DNA of 64,000 nucleotides from Patescibacteria group bacterium (GTDB lineage Bacteria > Patescibacteriota > UBA1384 > 2-12-FULL-50-11). The stretch's first letter is position 1. Each line of letters opens with the position of its first letter. The notes below the pieces were generated by a model that saw nothing but the letters and a program-made list of their open reading frames with translations, had not been told where the DNA came from and did no database searches. The DNA lies in NCBI GenBank assembly GCA_016861245.1, contig BOKZ01000001.1:551006-615005 (forward strand), given 5' to 3'. Both the position numbers and the translations under genes were made by a program. This document shows positions 13,216 through 22,544 of this stretch, piece by piece.

Positions 13216-15111
13216 ATGCTTGATCAACTCACAAAACGAAAAATTGACTCGGCCCGGCAAATTCTTGTCGGCAAAGTGCCTGACCCAAAGGCGCAAGTGG
13301 AGCAGATCACCACCGCGCTGGTTTACAAGTTCATGGATGATATGGACAAGGAATCGCAGGAGCTTGGCGGACAAACGCGATTTTTTGCAAACGGTTTTGA
13401 AAAATACAGCTGGACCAAACTCTTGGACAAACGGCTTTCCGGTGCCGAACGGCTTGACCTGTATGTGCAGGCCATTACGAATATGTCCAAGAATCCGCAC
13501 ATCCCCCAGCTTTTCAAAGATATTTTTAAGGGCGCGGCGTTGCCCTATAACGACGCTCAAACATTAAATTTGTTTCTGAAAGAAATTGAAGGATTTACTT
13601 TTGACCACAGCGAGGATTTGGGCGACGCCTATGAATACCTGCTGAATGTCGTCGGCACATCGGGGGAAGCCGGACAATTTCGCACGCCGCGCCACATCAT
13701 TGATTTTATCGTGGAAGTTGTTGCGCCAAAGAAAAATGAAACTATTTTAGACCCTGCTTGTGGCACGGCCGGATTTTTGATTTCCGCTTACAAACATATT
13801 TTACGCCAGCACGACGGCAAGCACGACCAAACGGGCGAGCCGACGAGCGCGGAAAAACGCCTCTCACCGGAAGAAAAGCAAAAGATGATGAGCAATTTTG
13901 TGGGCTACGATATTGATCCGGGAATGATGAGAATTGCCATCGTGAATATGTATTTGCACCATTTCCCCAATCCGAAAATATACGAATACGACACGCTGAC
14001 GTATGAGGATCGCTGGGACGATACCTTTGACGTCATTCTCGCCAATCCGCCGTTTATGACACCAAAGGGCGGGATTCGTCCCCACAAGCGTTTTTCCGTG
14101 CAAGCCACGCGCAGTGAAGTGTTGTTCGTTGATTATATTTTGGAGCACCTCAACATCAAAGGACGAGCCGGTATTATTGTCCCCGAAGGAGTAATTTTCA
14201 GAAATGATTCGGCATATAAGGAATTGCGGAAGAAATTGGTTGAAGACGGTTTGTATGCCGTTGTTTCCTTGCCGCAAGGTGTTTTTGCCAAACCCGGCGG
14301 CAAAGGAAATGTAAAAACGAGTATTCTCTTTTTTGATAATCAGCTTGCCAAAAAGAGCAATGAAATCCTGTTCGTAAAAGTAGAGAACGACGGCTTTGAT
14401 CTCGGCGCACAACGGCGAAAGATTGATAAAGATGACCTGCCGGAAGCTTTGGCTGTTTTGGATGCGTGGAAGAATGGCAAGAAATACGAGAGCGGCCTCG
14501 CTCTTTGGATAAAAAAAGAAAAAATCTCTGAAAGTGGAAATTACAGATTATCAGGCGAGTTTTATCGGGAAAATGTCAAAAGATTGCACCAGAAATGGCC
14601 GATGGTGGAATTGGGACAAGTTTTGGATTACGAACAGCCGACAAAATATATTGTTGAATCAGTTGACTACGATGACAAATATACTATTCCAGTTTTGACG
14701 GCGGGCAAGACATTTATTTTGGGATATACGAACGAAAAAAACGGGATATTCCCCCAAGAAAAATTGCCGGTGATTATTTTTGACGATTTCACTACTGCCT
14801 CAAAGTTTGTTGATTTCCCGTTCAAAGTAAAATCGTCAGCAATGAAGATTTTACTTGCGGATAAAAGTAAGACAAATATCAAGTTCCTTTTTCACTCAAT
14901 GCAGAGAATTGCTTTTACCGTCAACGAACACAAACGATATTGGATTTCCGAATACTCCAAAATAAAAATCCCGCTTCCTCCTTTGGACGTTCAAAACGAA
15001 ATTGTGGAGCAAATTGAAACAAAGGAAAATTCCATCAAGCACGCCAAAGAAATTATCAAAAATCTAGAGAGAGAGAGAGACGCTATTTTGGTCAGTCGCT
15101 TAGAAAATTAA
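13216..15111 (+). CDS. hsdM: Type I N6-adenine methyltransferase fused to first HsdS TRD (HsdM-half-S)
   Basis: GQFRTPRH, DPACGTAGFL, NPPF; C-terminal WPMVELGQV...IPLPPLDVQNEIV HsdS half. Confidence 0.92.
   Translation: MLDQLTKRKIDSARQILVGKVPDPKAQVEQITTALVYKFMDDMDKESQELGGQTRFFANGFEKYSWTKLLDKRLSGAERLDLYVQAITNMSKNPHIPQLFKDIFKGAALPYNDAQTLNLFLKEIEGFTFDHSEDLGDAYEYLLNVVGTSGEAGQFRTPRHIIDFIVEVVAPKKNETILDPACGTAGFLISAYKHILRQHDGKHDQTGEPTSAEKRLSPEEKQKMMSNFVGYDIDPGMMRIAIVNMYLHHFPNPKIYEYDTLTYEDRWDDTFDVILANPPFMTPKGGIRPHKRFSVQATRSEVLFVDYILEHLNIKGRAGIIVPEGVIFRNDSAYKELRKKLVEDGLYAVVSLPQGVFAKPGGKGNVKTSILFFDNQLAKKSNEILFVKVENDGFDLGAQRRKIDKDDLPEALAVLDAWKNGKKYESGLALWIKKEKISESGNYRLSGEFYRENVKRLHQKWPMVELGQVLDYEQPTKYIVESVDYDDKYTIPVLTAGKTFILGYTNEKNGIFPQEKLPVIIFDDFTTASKFVDFPFKVKSSAMKILLADKSKTNIKFLFHSMQRIAFTVNEHKRYWISEYSKIKIPLPPLDVQNEIVEQIETKENSIKHAKEIIKNLERERDAILVSRLEN
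15066..15080 (+). repeat. (AG)7A simple sequence repeat in HsdS inter-TRD helix
   Basis: aatctAGAGAGAGAGAGAGAcgct, encoding LERERD in the hsdM frame. Confidence 0.95.
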
Positions 15112-15671
15112 AAGATGTTGAATGGGTAAAACTTGGCGACGTGTGCAAAACAACATCGGGCGGTACGCCTCTAAAGCACAAGCGAGAATATTACGAAAAT
15201 GGCACAATTCCGTGGCTAAAGAGTGGTGAGGTTGATCAAGGTTTGATCTACAAATCAGAAGAAATGATAACAGAAAAAGGACTAAAAAATTCATCAGCAA
15301 AGATTTTCCCCGTAAATACTGTTTTGGTGGCAATGTATGGAGCAACGGCAGGAAAGGTTGGATTACTTAAATTTGAATCAACAACCAATCAGGCGGTCTG
15401 TGGGATTTTGCCGAACGACAAATTTATTCCAGAATTTTTGTATATGTATTTGAGAACAAAGACAGGCGAAATGGTGAAATTAAGCGGTGGTGGCGCACAG
15501 CCAAATATTTCCCAAACAATTATAAAGGCACTTGAAATTCCACTACCATCGATTGAAATCCAAAAACAGCTCGTCGCCGAAGCGGAAAAGGAAGAAGAAA
15601 TCATCGCCTCTAACCGCCGCCTCGTTGACCTTATGCAGCAAAAAATTGACGAGGCCCTATCTGATATTTAG
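15081..15671 (+). CDS. hsdS: Second HsdS TRD, out of frame with hsdM-S (annotatable start GTG 15141)
   Basis: Frame reads RYFGQSLRKLKDVEWVKLGDVCKTTSGGTP..., YGATAGK, TNQA, GGAQPNISQ, IPLPSIEIQ; HsdS homology begins upstream of the first start codon. Confidence 0.88.
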   Translation, partial: RYFGQSLRKLKDVEWVKLGDVCKTTSGGTPLKHKREYYENGTIPWLKSGEVDQGLIYKSEEMITEKGLKNSSAKIFPVNTVLVAMYGATAGKVGLLKFESTTNQAVCGILPNDKFIPEFLYMYLRTKTGEMVKLSGGGAQPNISQTIIKALEIPLPSIEIQKQLVAEAEKEEEIIASNRRLVDLMQQKIDEALSDI

Positions 15672-15673
15672 CT

Positions 15674-18004
15674 ATGTTTGAGAAAGTATCAAAACTTAAA
15701 AAATTCGGGATATTCCGCGATTTCTCTTGGGGCGCAGACACACCAGACCTCGCGCGCTTTAACTTGATTTACGGCTGGAATAAGAGCGGGAAAACAACTT
15801 TTTCGCGCGCTTTTGTCGCTTGCGAGAAGAAAACAACGGAATTTGTCCAGTATCCCAAGGACGGCGAATTTGAAATAAAAACGAACGGCGGTTCAGCAAT
15901 TAACCATTCAAATTGCCATGGATGCACTCGGCAAATAAAGGTTTTTAATAAAGATTTTATTGAGGACAATGTTTCTTTTGATCCCACGAATCCAAGCCAA
16001 CCAATCGTCTATGTCAGCGAAGAAGACATCGAAAGCAGTAAAAAGTTGAAAGAGTTACAGGGTAAGGTTACGCCTTTGTCAGAAAAATACGAATCGGCCC
16101 AAAAGGATCGTCAAAAAAGTGAAAAAGCAGAAGATGATTTTAGAAAATCAACCGCCCGCACAATAAAAGATATTGTTGGCAATTTGAAAGTTAATGACAA
16201 ATACCGAGATTACGACAAAGGAAGCGTTAAAACAACGATTGAAAACGTCGGGATTGATAAATTTTCCAAACTTTCAGATGAAGAATTTGAAAAGAAAAAG
16301 AAATTTATAGGCGGCGATCCCCTTAACAAGCAAACCTCACCCCAACAATATGGGTTCTCTTTTTCTTATGACGGGAAAAGTTTGAAAAGTTTTTCCGAAG
16401 TATCTAGCGAGATTTCAAATATCCTCAAACGAAAAATTGTTGCCGAGACCATTGACCGCTTCAAGGACGATCCGGAACTAAATAAGTGGGCGCAACATGG
16501 TTTTGAATTGCACAAAACAAAAGATGAAAAGAAAAAATGCCTGTTTTGCCAAAATGAGTTTTCGGCCGGTTTCCTTAATTCGTTGTCAAAGCATTTCAGT
16601 AATGATTATGAGAAGCTACAAGGCGAGATAAGCTCTTTTATATCGGGCCTAGAAAATTTGAAGCGGGAAAAAATTACGGAAAAGAATCAAGGGCTTTATT
16701 CAGATTTCCAAGACAAATATAAAAATAGTGCAAAGGAGCTGAACAAAATTATCAACGAATTGATTGCGTGGGTGGATGAAGCGGTAAAAAAGCTGAAAGA
16801 AAAGTACGACAATCCGCTCTCGGATGTAAGTGATCCCGAATCGCCAAATGATTTTCCCGCTCAATACGATAAGAAAATTGACGAAATAAACGCGGTAATA
16901 AAAGAACACAATACCAAAGTAGATAATCACGAGCAGGAAGTCGGAAAAGCAAAGGAAGAATTGGAAAAACACCTTATTGCGGTTGCAATAGACGAGCAGG
17001 AATATTCAAAGTTAAAATCAGAGTTTGATAAAAGTATTGAAGCGGAAAAAGAGGCGAAAAAAGCAGTTGATGATAATACTCAAGAGATTTCCAAGCTGGA
17101 AAAAGAAACCTCAAACATAGGAAAGGCGGTTCAGAAAATAAATAAGCACCTCGAGGAATTTTTTGGTAGAAAGGAAATTCTGCTTGAACTGGACGATTCG
17201 AAAAAGGGCTACATTATCAAGCGCGACGGAGATGTGGCGCACAATCTTAGCGAAGGCGAAAAGAACGCTATCGCCTTTTCATACTTTATCGTCAAGACAC
17301 AGGAAAAAGGATTTAAGATCAAGGAAGGAATAATCGTAATTGACGATCCGATTTCCAGCTTTGATTCAAACTTTATTTACCACTGCTTTTCTCTGATAAA
17401 AAATCATTTCAAAGACGCAAAGCAGTTAATCGTTTCCACGCATAACTTTGAATTTTTCAATCTCGTCAAAGATTGGTTTGAGCAGAAAAATCGTAAAGTT
17501 GAAAGCGATAATAAGAAAATCGCTAATGAAGCAGACAAGAAGCCGGTTCCATGCGAGTTTTTCATGGTTGAAAATATCATCGAAAATGATAAACGATGTG
17601 CTTCGATTGTTCCGCTTGAAGAAACTTTGCGAAAATTCAAATCAGAATATCACTTCTTGTTTTCAAGATTGAATAAGTTTATTACAGAAGGTACGCCGGA
17701 CTACGCCGATTTTTACACTATCGGAAATATTGCGCGACGGTTTTTAGAGATTTACATAAATTTCAAAATACCGACAACAGGTGATTTGAAAAGTAGGGTT
17801 GACCAGCTTGATACAAAAACCGTCAGCGAAACTGAAAAAGATAAGGTGTATAAACTTATTCAAGAATTTTCGCACGGACTAGATCCCGCAAGCACAATCG
17901 AGCACAAAGATAAAAGTGAGATTCAAAATGCGATTAAAGTTTTAATGAAAATGGTTGAGGAATCAGACAAGAAGCATTTTGAATCTTTGCAAAGCAATCT
18001 ATGA
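15674..18004 (+). CDS. RloC-like ABC/SMC-type ATPase (AAA_13) with zinc hook and putative C-terminal HEPN nuclease
   Basis: Walker A YGWNKSGKTT, long coiled coil with CLFC hook, LSEGE signature, Walker B IIVIDDP, STHN H-loop, C-terminal NIARRFLE...QEFSH. Confidence 0.8.
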   Translation: MFEKVSKLKKFGIFRDFSWGADTPDLARFNLIYGWNKSGKTTFSRAFVACEKKTTEFVQYPKDGEFEIKTNGGSAINHSNCHGCTRQIKVFNKDFIEDNVSFDPTNPSQPIVYVSEEDIESSKKLKELQGKVTPLSEKYESAQKDRQKSEKAEDDFRKSTARTIKDIVGNLKVNDKYRDYDKGSVKTTIENVGIDKFSKLSDEEFEKKKKFIGGDPLNKQTSPQQYGFSFSYDGKSLKSFSEVSSEISNILKRKIVAETIDRFKDDPELNKWAQHGFELHKTKDEKKKCLFCQNEFSAGFLNSLSKHFSNDYEKLQGEISSFISGLENLKREKITEKNQGLYSDFQDKYKNSAKELNKIINELIAWVDEAVKKLKEKYDNPLSDVSDPESPNDFPAQYDKKIDEINAVIKEHNTKVDNHEQEVGKAKEELEKHLIAVAIDEQEYSKLKSEFDKSIEAEKEAKKAVDDNTQEISKLEKETSNIGKAVQKINKHLEEFFGRKEILLELDDSKKGYIIKRDGDVAHNLSEGEKNAIAFSYFIVKTQEKGFKIKEGIIVIDDPISSFDSNFIYHCFSLIKNHFKDAKQLIVSTHNFEFFNLVKDWFEQKNRKVESDNKKIANEADKKPVPCEFFMVENIIENDKRCASIVPLEETLRKFKSEYHFLFSRLNKFITEGTPDYADFYTIGNIARRFLEIYINFKIPTTGDLKSRVDQLDTKTVSETEKDKVYKLIQEFSHGLDPASTIEHKDKSEIQNAIKVLMKMVEESDKKHFESLQSNL

Positions 18005-18068
18005 CCTCCACCACCCAATTTGAGGTCCCGCCGTCCGAAAAAATCGCTAGTTTTGCTAGACTGAAACA

Positions 18069-18245
18069 ATGAATTGGGGTTGGTTTACCTCGAGCGGAGT
18101 CGAGTGGATGATAGTATTTGCAATTCTGGCTGTCGGGTTAGGAATAATTCTGGCCATGGCGATGAAAAATCCCGCACCAAATCTCTTTTCACCCAACCAA
18201 CCAAAGTACCTACCGTTTAGATACATCAACCCTCAACACATCTAA
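18069..18245 (+). CDS. 58-aa single-TM small protein
   Basis: MNWGWFTSSGVEWMIVFAILAVGLGIILAMAMKNPAPNLFSPNQPKYLPFRYINPQHI. Confidence 0.5.
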   Translation: MNWGWFTSSGVEWMIVFAILAVGLGIILAMAMKNPAPNLFSPNQPKYLPFRYINPQHI

Positions 18246-18324
18246 GGCACCATATACGCTATAACTCATATTCTGTTTTTAACTAATTAGCATATGCTTT
18301 TTATTTACTGGTACAATAAGCCAA

Positions 18325-19008
18325 ATGTTCAAACTCTCCCCATCGGATTTTGCGTATATGTACCAGGACTGCAAGCTTTGCTATTGCCTGAAAATTAAGC
18401 ACAAGGTCAAACACCCAAGCATGCCGATGCCGGGGGTATTTTCGACGATGAACTCGATTATGCAAGGGGATATCGTCGGTAAAGATCTGCGCGACATCTC
18501 CCCAGATCTGCCGGTAGGGAAAGTGGTTAAACAAGAGGGTTTTGTAAAATCCAAGATGATCGACGGCACGTCGGTGTATATCGGCGGCAAATACGATCTT
18601 CTAGTGGAATTGCCGGATGGGAGCTATATGATTGTGGATTTGAAGATCTCCAAGCCCAGCGACGAAAAGAGCGATATGTACAAAAGCCAGCTTTGGAGCT
18701 ACAAATACGCCCTGGAAAATCCGGAGAGCGGCGAGCCGGTAAATATCTCAAAATTAGCCTTGCTAATTTTTTATCCGGAGTCTGTGGTATTCGAAAACGG
18801 TGTGGCGAAACTTGCTTTTCCGCCACAATGGATAGAAGTAGAATATAATCACAACGAATTTTTAGAATTTATGAAAGAAGTGGATACGTTGCTGGCCGGC
18901 CCGTTACCTGCCGAAAACGAGAATTGCCAGTGGTGTAAGTATCGTCACACCGGCGAACTGCTTACACATAGCACTTCAGAAAACGTGGCTGAAACAAGCC
19001 CATTTTAA
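18325..19008 (+). CDS. PD-(D/E)XK nuclease, Cas4/AddB-like
   Basis: LSPS..C, GKYD, IVDLK, Q..SY, C-terminal CQWCKY. Confidence 0.8.
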   Translation: MFKLSPSDFAYMYQDCKLCYCLKIKHKVKHPSMPMPGVFSTMNSIMQGDIVGKDLRDISPDLPVGKVVKQEGFVKSKMIDGTSVYIGGKYDLLVELPDGSYMIVDLKISKPSDEKSDMYKSQLWSYKYALENPESGEPVNISKLALLIFYPESVVFENGVAKLAFPPQWIEVEYNHNEFLEFMKEVDTLLAGPLPAENENCQWCKYRHTGELLTHSTSENVAETSPF

Positions 19009-19032
19009 AAATTATGTTATAAAAACACGGAA

Positions 19033-19434
19033 ATGAGTAAGCCATCTAGTCCAGTAAGTAGTGTAACAGAGGAAATTCAAAGTCGGCTTCACAGGTTACT
19101 ACACGAAGCAGCGCAACAAAGTTCAGACAGTAGCTTCCAACAGTGCGTGAATAATCACTTAATTAATTACATTCAAAGTCGAAGCGGTTGGAAATCAATT
19201 GGAGAAAACGGTTTTTCCTACAAAAATGGGATCAAAGTTTTTGTTGATTCTTATCGATCTTCAAACGCTTTCGAGAATGTAGTGAATATAGGGAAAGAGA
19301 TACTGCGCGCTGAGCTTGAGGATTTGATTAAAGAATCGGCCAACAAAGGTGATGAAATAAGACGTGCGCTAAAAGAATTCGAGAGTAAAGATTGGGATTT
19401 TGCGTTTATTAGGCGGAAAATAAGCGAAGAATGA
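19033..19434 (+). CDS. Hypothetical protein
   Basis: 133-aa ORF, co-oriented and closely spaced; no motif recognised. Confidence 0.6.
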   Translation: MSKPSSPVSSVTEEIQSRLHRLLHEAAQQSSDSSFQQCVNNHLINYIQSRSGWKSIGENGFSYKNGIKVFVDSYRSSNAFENVVNIGKEILRAELEDLIKESANKGDEIRRALKEFESKDWDFAFIRRKISEE

Positions 19435-19464
19435 GTCGTTCGGGTATGTTCCTGTAAGCAGACG

Positions 19465-20718
19465 ATGAAAATACTTCCAAACCGTAAACAATTATTATCA
19501 ACGGTGGTGAAAACTCTGTTAGCGCTGTCTGCCGTAGTTGCTGTGTTAATTTCTTTTACGTATTCGATAGTTTATACCGTTATCGGTGCGCTAATAGTTG
19601 TTGGATATATTGTGTATCGAAATTTCAACTTTAAACCCATCCAGTTCAATTTTTATAAAGTAAACGGTTGGTTTGCTAGAAACTTATTGTTTGTAATCCC
19701 GATAATCGTAGTGTTACTACTGGCTAACATCTCGTTGTTTGTGTTTGGGTACCTGAAATCGAATAAAGAGGTTGTAGTTTGTACTGAAGCAGACGTAAAA
19801 AACGCCGCTAAATCCGTTGTACTAATTGAGGGAGAAGACGGGACAGGGTCGGGATTTTTTGTTGATAGTAATTACATTGTAACTAATAACCATGTAATTG
19901 ATCACAATACGATTACAAAAATTCAGTCTGATAACGGCGATATAACTGTCGGCTCAAGGGTGGTCGCTACTGATTCGTTGAGAGACATCGCCTTAATTGA
20001 GGTTGTGAACTTTTTGGAAGTACCGAAACTAACACAATCTGAAAAACCAGCTGACGTTCTAAACGAGGTCTACGCGATTGGCTATCCGTTTGGTCGAAAT
20101 TTAACTATTTCAAGAGGTATAGTATCGGCAATAACTAAAGATGATTACGACGATCGCCAGTACATTCAAACAGATGCCGCCATAATCCCAGGCAATTCAG
20201 GCGGACCGCTCGTGAATAAATGCGGGGAGGTGATTGGTATGAATACTCAAACACTACGAGGTCAAGAAAATCTAGGATACGCAATTGAGTACTCGCAGTT
20301 AAGTACAAGAATTGCCAGCATGTTAGATGCTGCAAAATCGGCAACAATTCAGGAAATCGAGCAGAATTACCCATCTGAGCAAGCTGAGGTTGTAGCGAAA
20401 TACTACTCAACACTGAGCGCCGGCCAGCTAGAAACTGCATACGACTACTATTCTTTTGCACGGAAAGCAAAGCTGCCGTTTGAGAACTGGAAAACTGGGC
20501 TGGAACGGACGATATTTATCCGGTTGGTATCTGTTGAGCAGACGCAGAAAAATAACACTATAAGAGTACATTTTTACGCAACCGAGACTTCTAAAGAAGA
20601 TGCCTGGGAATGGAAAACGGGAGAATTTGAGGGAACTTGGACGTTACTGCGTGAAGACGGGTTGTGGAAAATGAACGAATCCAATATTAAGGATATAACG
20701 AAACCAAACGCGACGTAA
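19465..20718 (+). CDS. Membrane-anchored trypsin-like (S1C) serine protease, no PDZ domain
   Basis: About 3 N-terminal TM segments; triad TNNHV / RDIAL / GNSGGP. Confidence 0.88.
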   Translation: MKILPNRKQLLSTVVKTLLALSAVVAVLISFTYSIVYTVIGALIVVGYIVYRNFNFKPIQFNFYKVNGWFARNLLFVIPIIVVLLLANISLFVFGYLKSNKEVVVCTEADVKNAAKSVVLIEGEDGTGSGFFVDSNYIVTNNHVIDHNTITKIQSDNGDITVGSRVVATDSLRDIALIEVVNFLEVPKLTQSEKPADVLNEVYAIGYPFGRNLTISRGIVSAITKDDYDDRQYIQTDAAIIPGNSGGPLVNKCGEVIGMNTQTLRGQENLGYAIEYSQLSTRIASMLDAAKSATIQEIEQNYPSEQAEVVAKYYSTLSAGQLETAYDYYSFARKAKLPFENWKTGLERTIFIRLVSVEQTQKNNTIRVHFYATETSKEDAWEWKTGEFEGTWTLLREDGLWKMNESNIKDITKPNAT

Positions 20719-20808
20719 TTCTTTAATATCTTGCCTGAAGATACTTCAAAGAGTATTATTTCCGTGTCCTGGCTTCGGTCAGGCGAATCCTACATGGAGG
20801 CACAAAAG

Positions 20809-21367
20809 ATGAATGGTTCGAACGTTCTTGAACGCACTCACGCTGAGCCTAGCTCTTCGTTGGTGCGAGACATCTATTCGATTCAACCCGGGTCGACGGA
20901 ACTGCTCAACGAGGGGCAGGCCCGAAAGCGACTCACCGACACCCATACGATGCGAGCCCGAGAGCTCTGCCCTGCCCAGGGCAAGAGAGCGGCCGGTGGA
21001 TTCCTCCAGCGAATCTTCGGCTAACGGGCGACCAACGACGTGGGAGTTGTTCGTCGCTTTGAAGCGACAGTTCGAGAGACCGAAGAAACGTTTCCCGATG
21101 AATTTTCCGTGGGTTTGTGGATGTGGCAAAGCCGGCTTCCCCGGCTGTAAAGACCGCGAGCACTTCTGCGAGCGCGTCTATCTAGCACTACTCGACTACC
21201 ACCAACATCAGGAAACGAAATCCCGGAATCTCTGCTACTTCGTTGACGGCGGCGAACAGCTTCTGCGTGTCGACCAATTCAGTGCCAGGCGTATGCAGCT
21301 TCTCGAGGCAGACCTCGAGAAAGCTGAAACGATCTTGCGCCGAATGCTATCCGACAACCCCGCTTAA
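20809..21367 (+). pseudogene. Possibly frameshifted Cys/His-rich hypothetical gene (20809-21024, continued in +1 frame to 21367)
   Basis: GGAGG 8 nt before ATG 20809; removing one base at the TAA joins ...QRIFG to NGRPTTWELF...CGCGK..C..HFC; terminator follows. Confidence 0.4.
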
Positions 21368-21384
21368 CCACAGCGGGGCTTTTC
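21358..21384 (+). terminator. Intrinsic terminator
   Basis: CCCCGC-N9-GCGGGG-CTTTT. Confidence 0.6.
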
Positions 21385-21421
21385 TTGACAATAGAGCCTA
21401 AAGCACGTTGACTGTATAAAA

Positions 21422-22270
21422 ATGGGTGGAGGGAGAATGCACGAACAAATTAGGCCGCAGGCACACGTAGCGACGTGGGCGATCTCAGTATTAATGGTGA
21501 TATTAGCTGCGACGCTTGGCACAACTAACGATATTACCAATGCAACAGAAGTCTATACGGCTCCGGACGGTACGAAGAAATACTTTACGTACGAGGGGAG
21601 CGGCGGATTTAAGGCGCCAGACGCTTGTTTAAAACCGACGGCAGAGCAGCAGGTGCAAATTGATCAAATTACAGTACTCAAAAAAGAGTTATTGGTGTTA
21701 CAAGAGAAAGATACTTCGCAATTTACTACTGAAGAGAAAGCCGCTCACGAAGCCAAGATTCAGGAATTACTAACTAAAATTAAAACAGCGGCTGGTACCG
21801 TGTCGACAGTAAAACCAGGGCCGACCGCAGAATGTAAGGCAGCGGTGGTGGCCGGCAATATTAAACTAATGACTGCACAGCTAGAGCAAACAAAATCAAA
21901 ACTAATTGTGAGCGTGGACAATGTGAGCGCCAAAATAATAAAAGTTGAAGAAGCGATCGCAAAAATTAAGCCGACAACCGAGAATCAACCGATTCTAACT
22001 GCAATTACTGCTGATATTAACGCCGCAAAGCTTAACCTAGTCATCCTTTCCGATTTTCTAACCAAAACACAATCTCAAATGGAATCGTTTTTAACGCTTT
22101 CAAAAACCGATCCTAACAAAGCGTACGATTCAATTAGAACCTTTAGGGTTGGCGGAGATAATCTGAAGGCTACAAAGGCAAGCGAAGGAATAATTAGCGC
22201 GTTTACGAGCCTGAAAGCCAATATCGAGCGCTTAATCGAACTTACGGAGGGTAGTAATGGAAATATCTAA
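21422..22270 (+). CDS. Secreted/membrane-anchored coiled-coil protein
   Basis: N-terminal hydrophobic segment, heptad-rich helical body, two Cys; start may be ATG 21437. Confidence 0.7.
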   Translation: MGGGRMHEQIRPQAHVATWAISVLMVILAATLGTTNDITNATEVYTAPDGTKKYFTYEGSGGFKAPDACLKPTAEQQVQIDQITVLKKELLVLQEKDTSQFTTEEKAAHEAKIQELLTKIKTAAGTVSTVKPGPTAECKAAVVAGNIKLMTAQLEQTKSKLIVSVDNVSAKIIKVEEAIAKIKPTTENQPILTAITADINAAKLNLVILSDFLTKTQSQMESFLTLSKTDPNKAYDSIRTFRVGGDNLKATKASEGIISAFTSLKANIERLIELTEGSNGNI

Positions 22271-22538
22271 TTCACCAGTACCGGCATCGCAGCCGCACTC
22301 AAAAGTCTGGTTAGTGGTGACGCTCGTAGTGTCAGTAGTTGCAGCAGGTTTAATTTGGTACTTCTTGTATCCGAAAGCAGAGGAGTTAAATACGCAGACG
22401 CCAGAGTCCCAAAAAACCGTCAAAAATGCTGTTGATGAGACGCTAGTTGCAGCAAAAAACGATCTGAATACCGTTAATGTCGAGGAGTTAAAAGTTGCGG
22501 TCGACGAGTTAAAATCCACCCTTGACGCTTTTGAATAA
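22257..22538 (+). CDS. Small single-TM protein
   Basis: VWLVVTLVVSVVAAGLIWYFLY followed by an acidic helix; overlaps upstream gene. Confidence 0.7.
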   Translation: MEISNSPVPASQPHSKVWLVVTLVVSVVAAGLIWYFLYPKAEELNTQTPESQKTVKNAVDETLVAAKNDLNTVNVEELKVAVDELKSTLDAFE

Positions 22539-22544
22539 TAAAAT

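Noticed and set aside
14590-15671. Invertible hsdS shufflon
   Set aside because: Both TRDs are co-oriented, with no inverted repeats or recombinase seen.
10627-18067. CTGAAAC at both sides of the R-M cassette as a target-site duplication
   Set aside because: Only 7 bp, expected by chance, and no recombinase is present.
18325-19008. CRISPR-Cas locus suggested by the Cas4-like nuclease
   Set aside because: No repeat-spacer array or other cas genes are visible.
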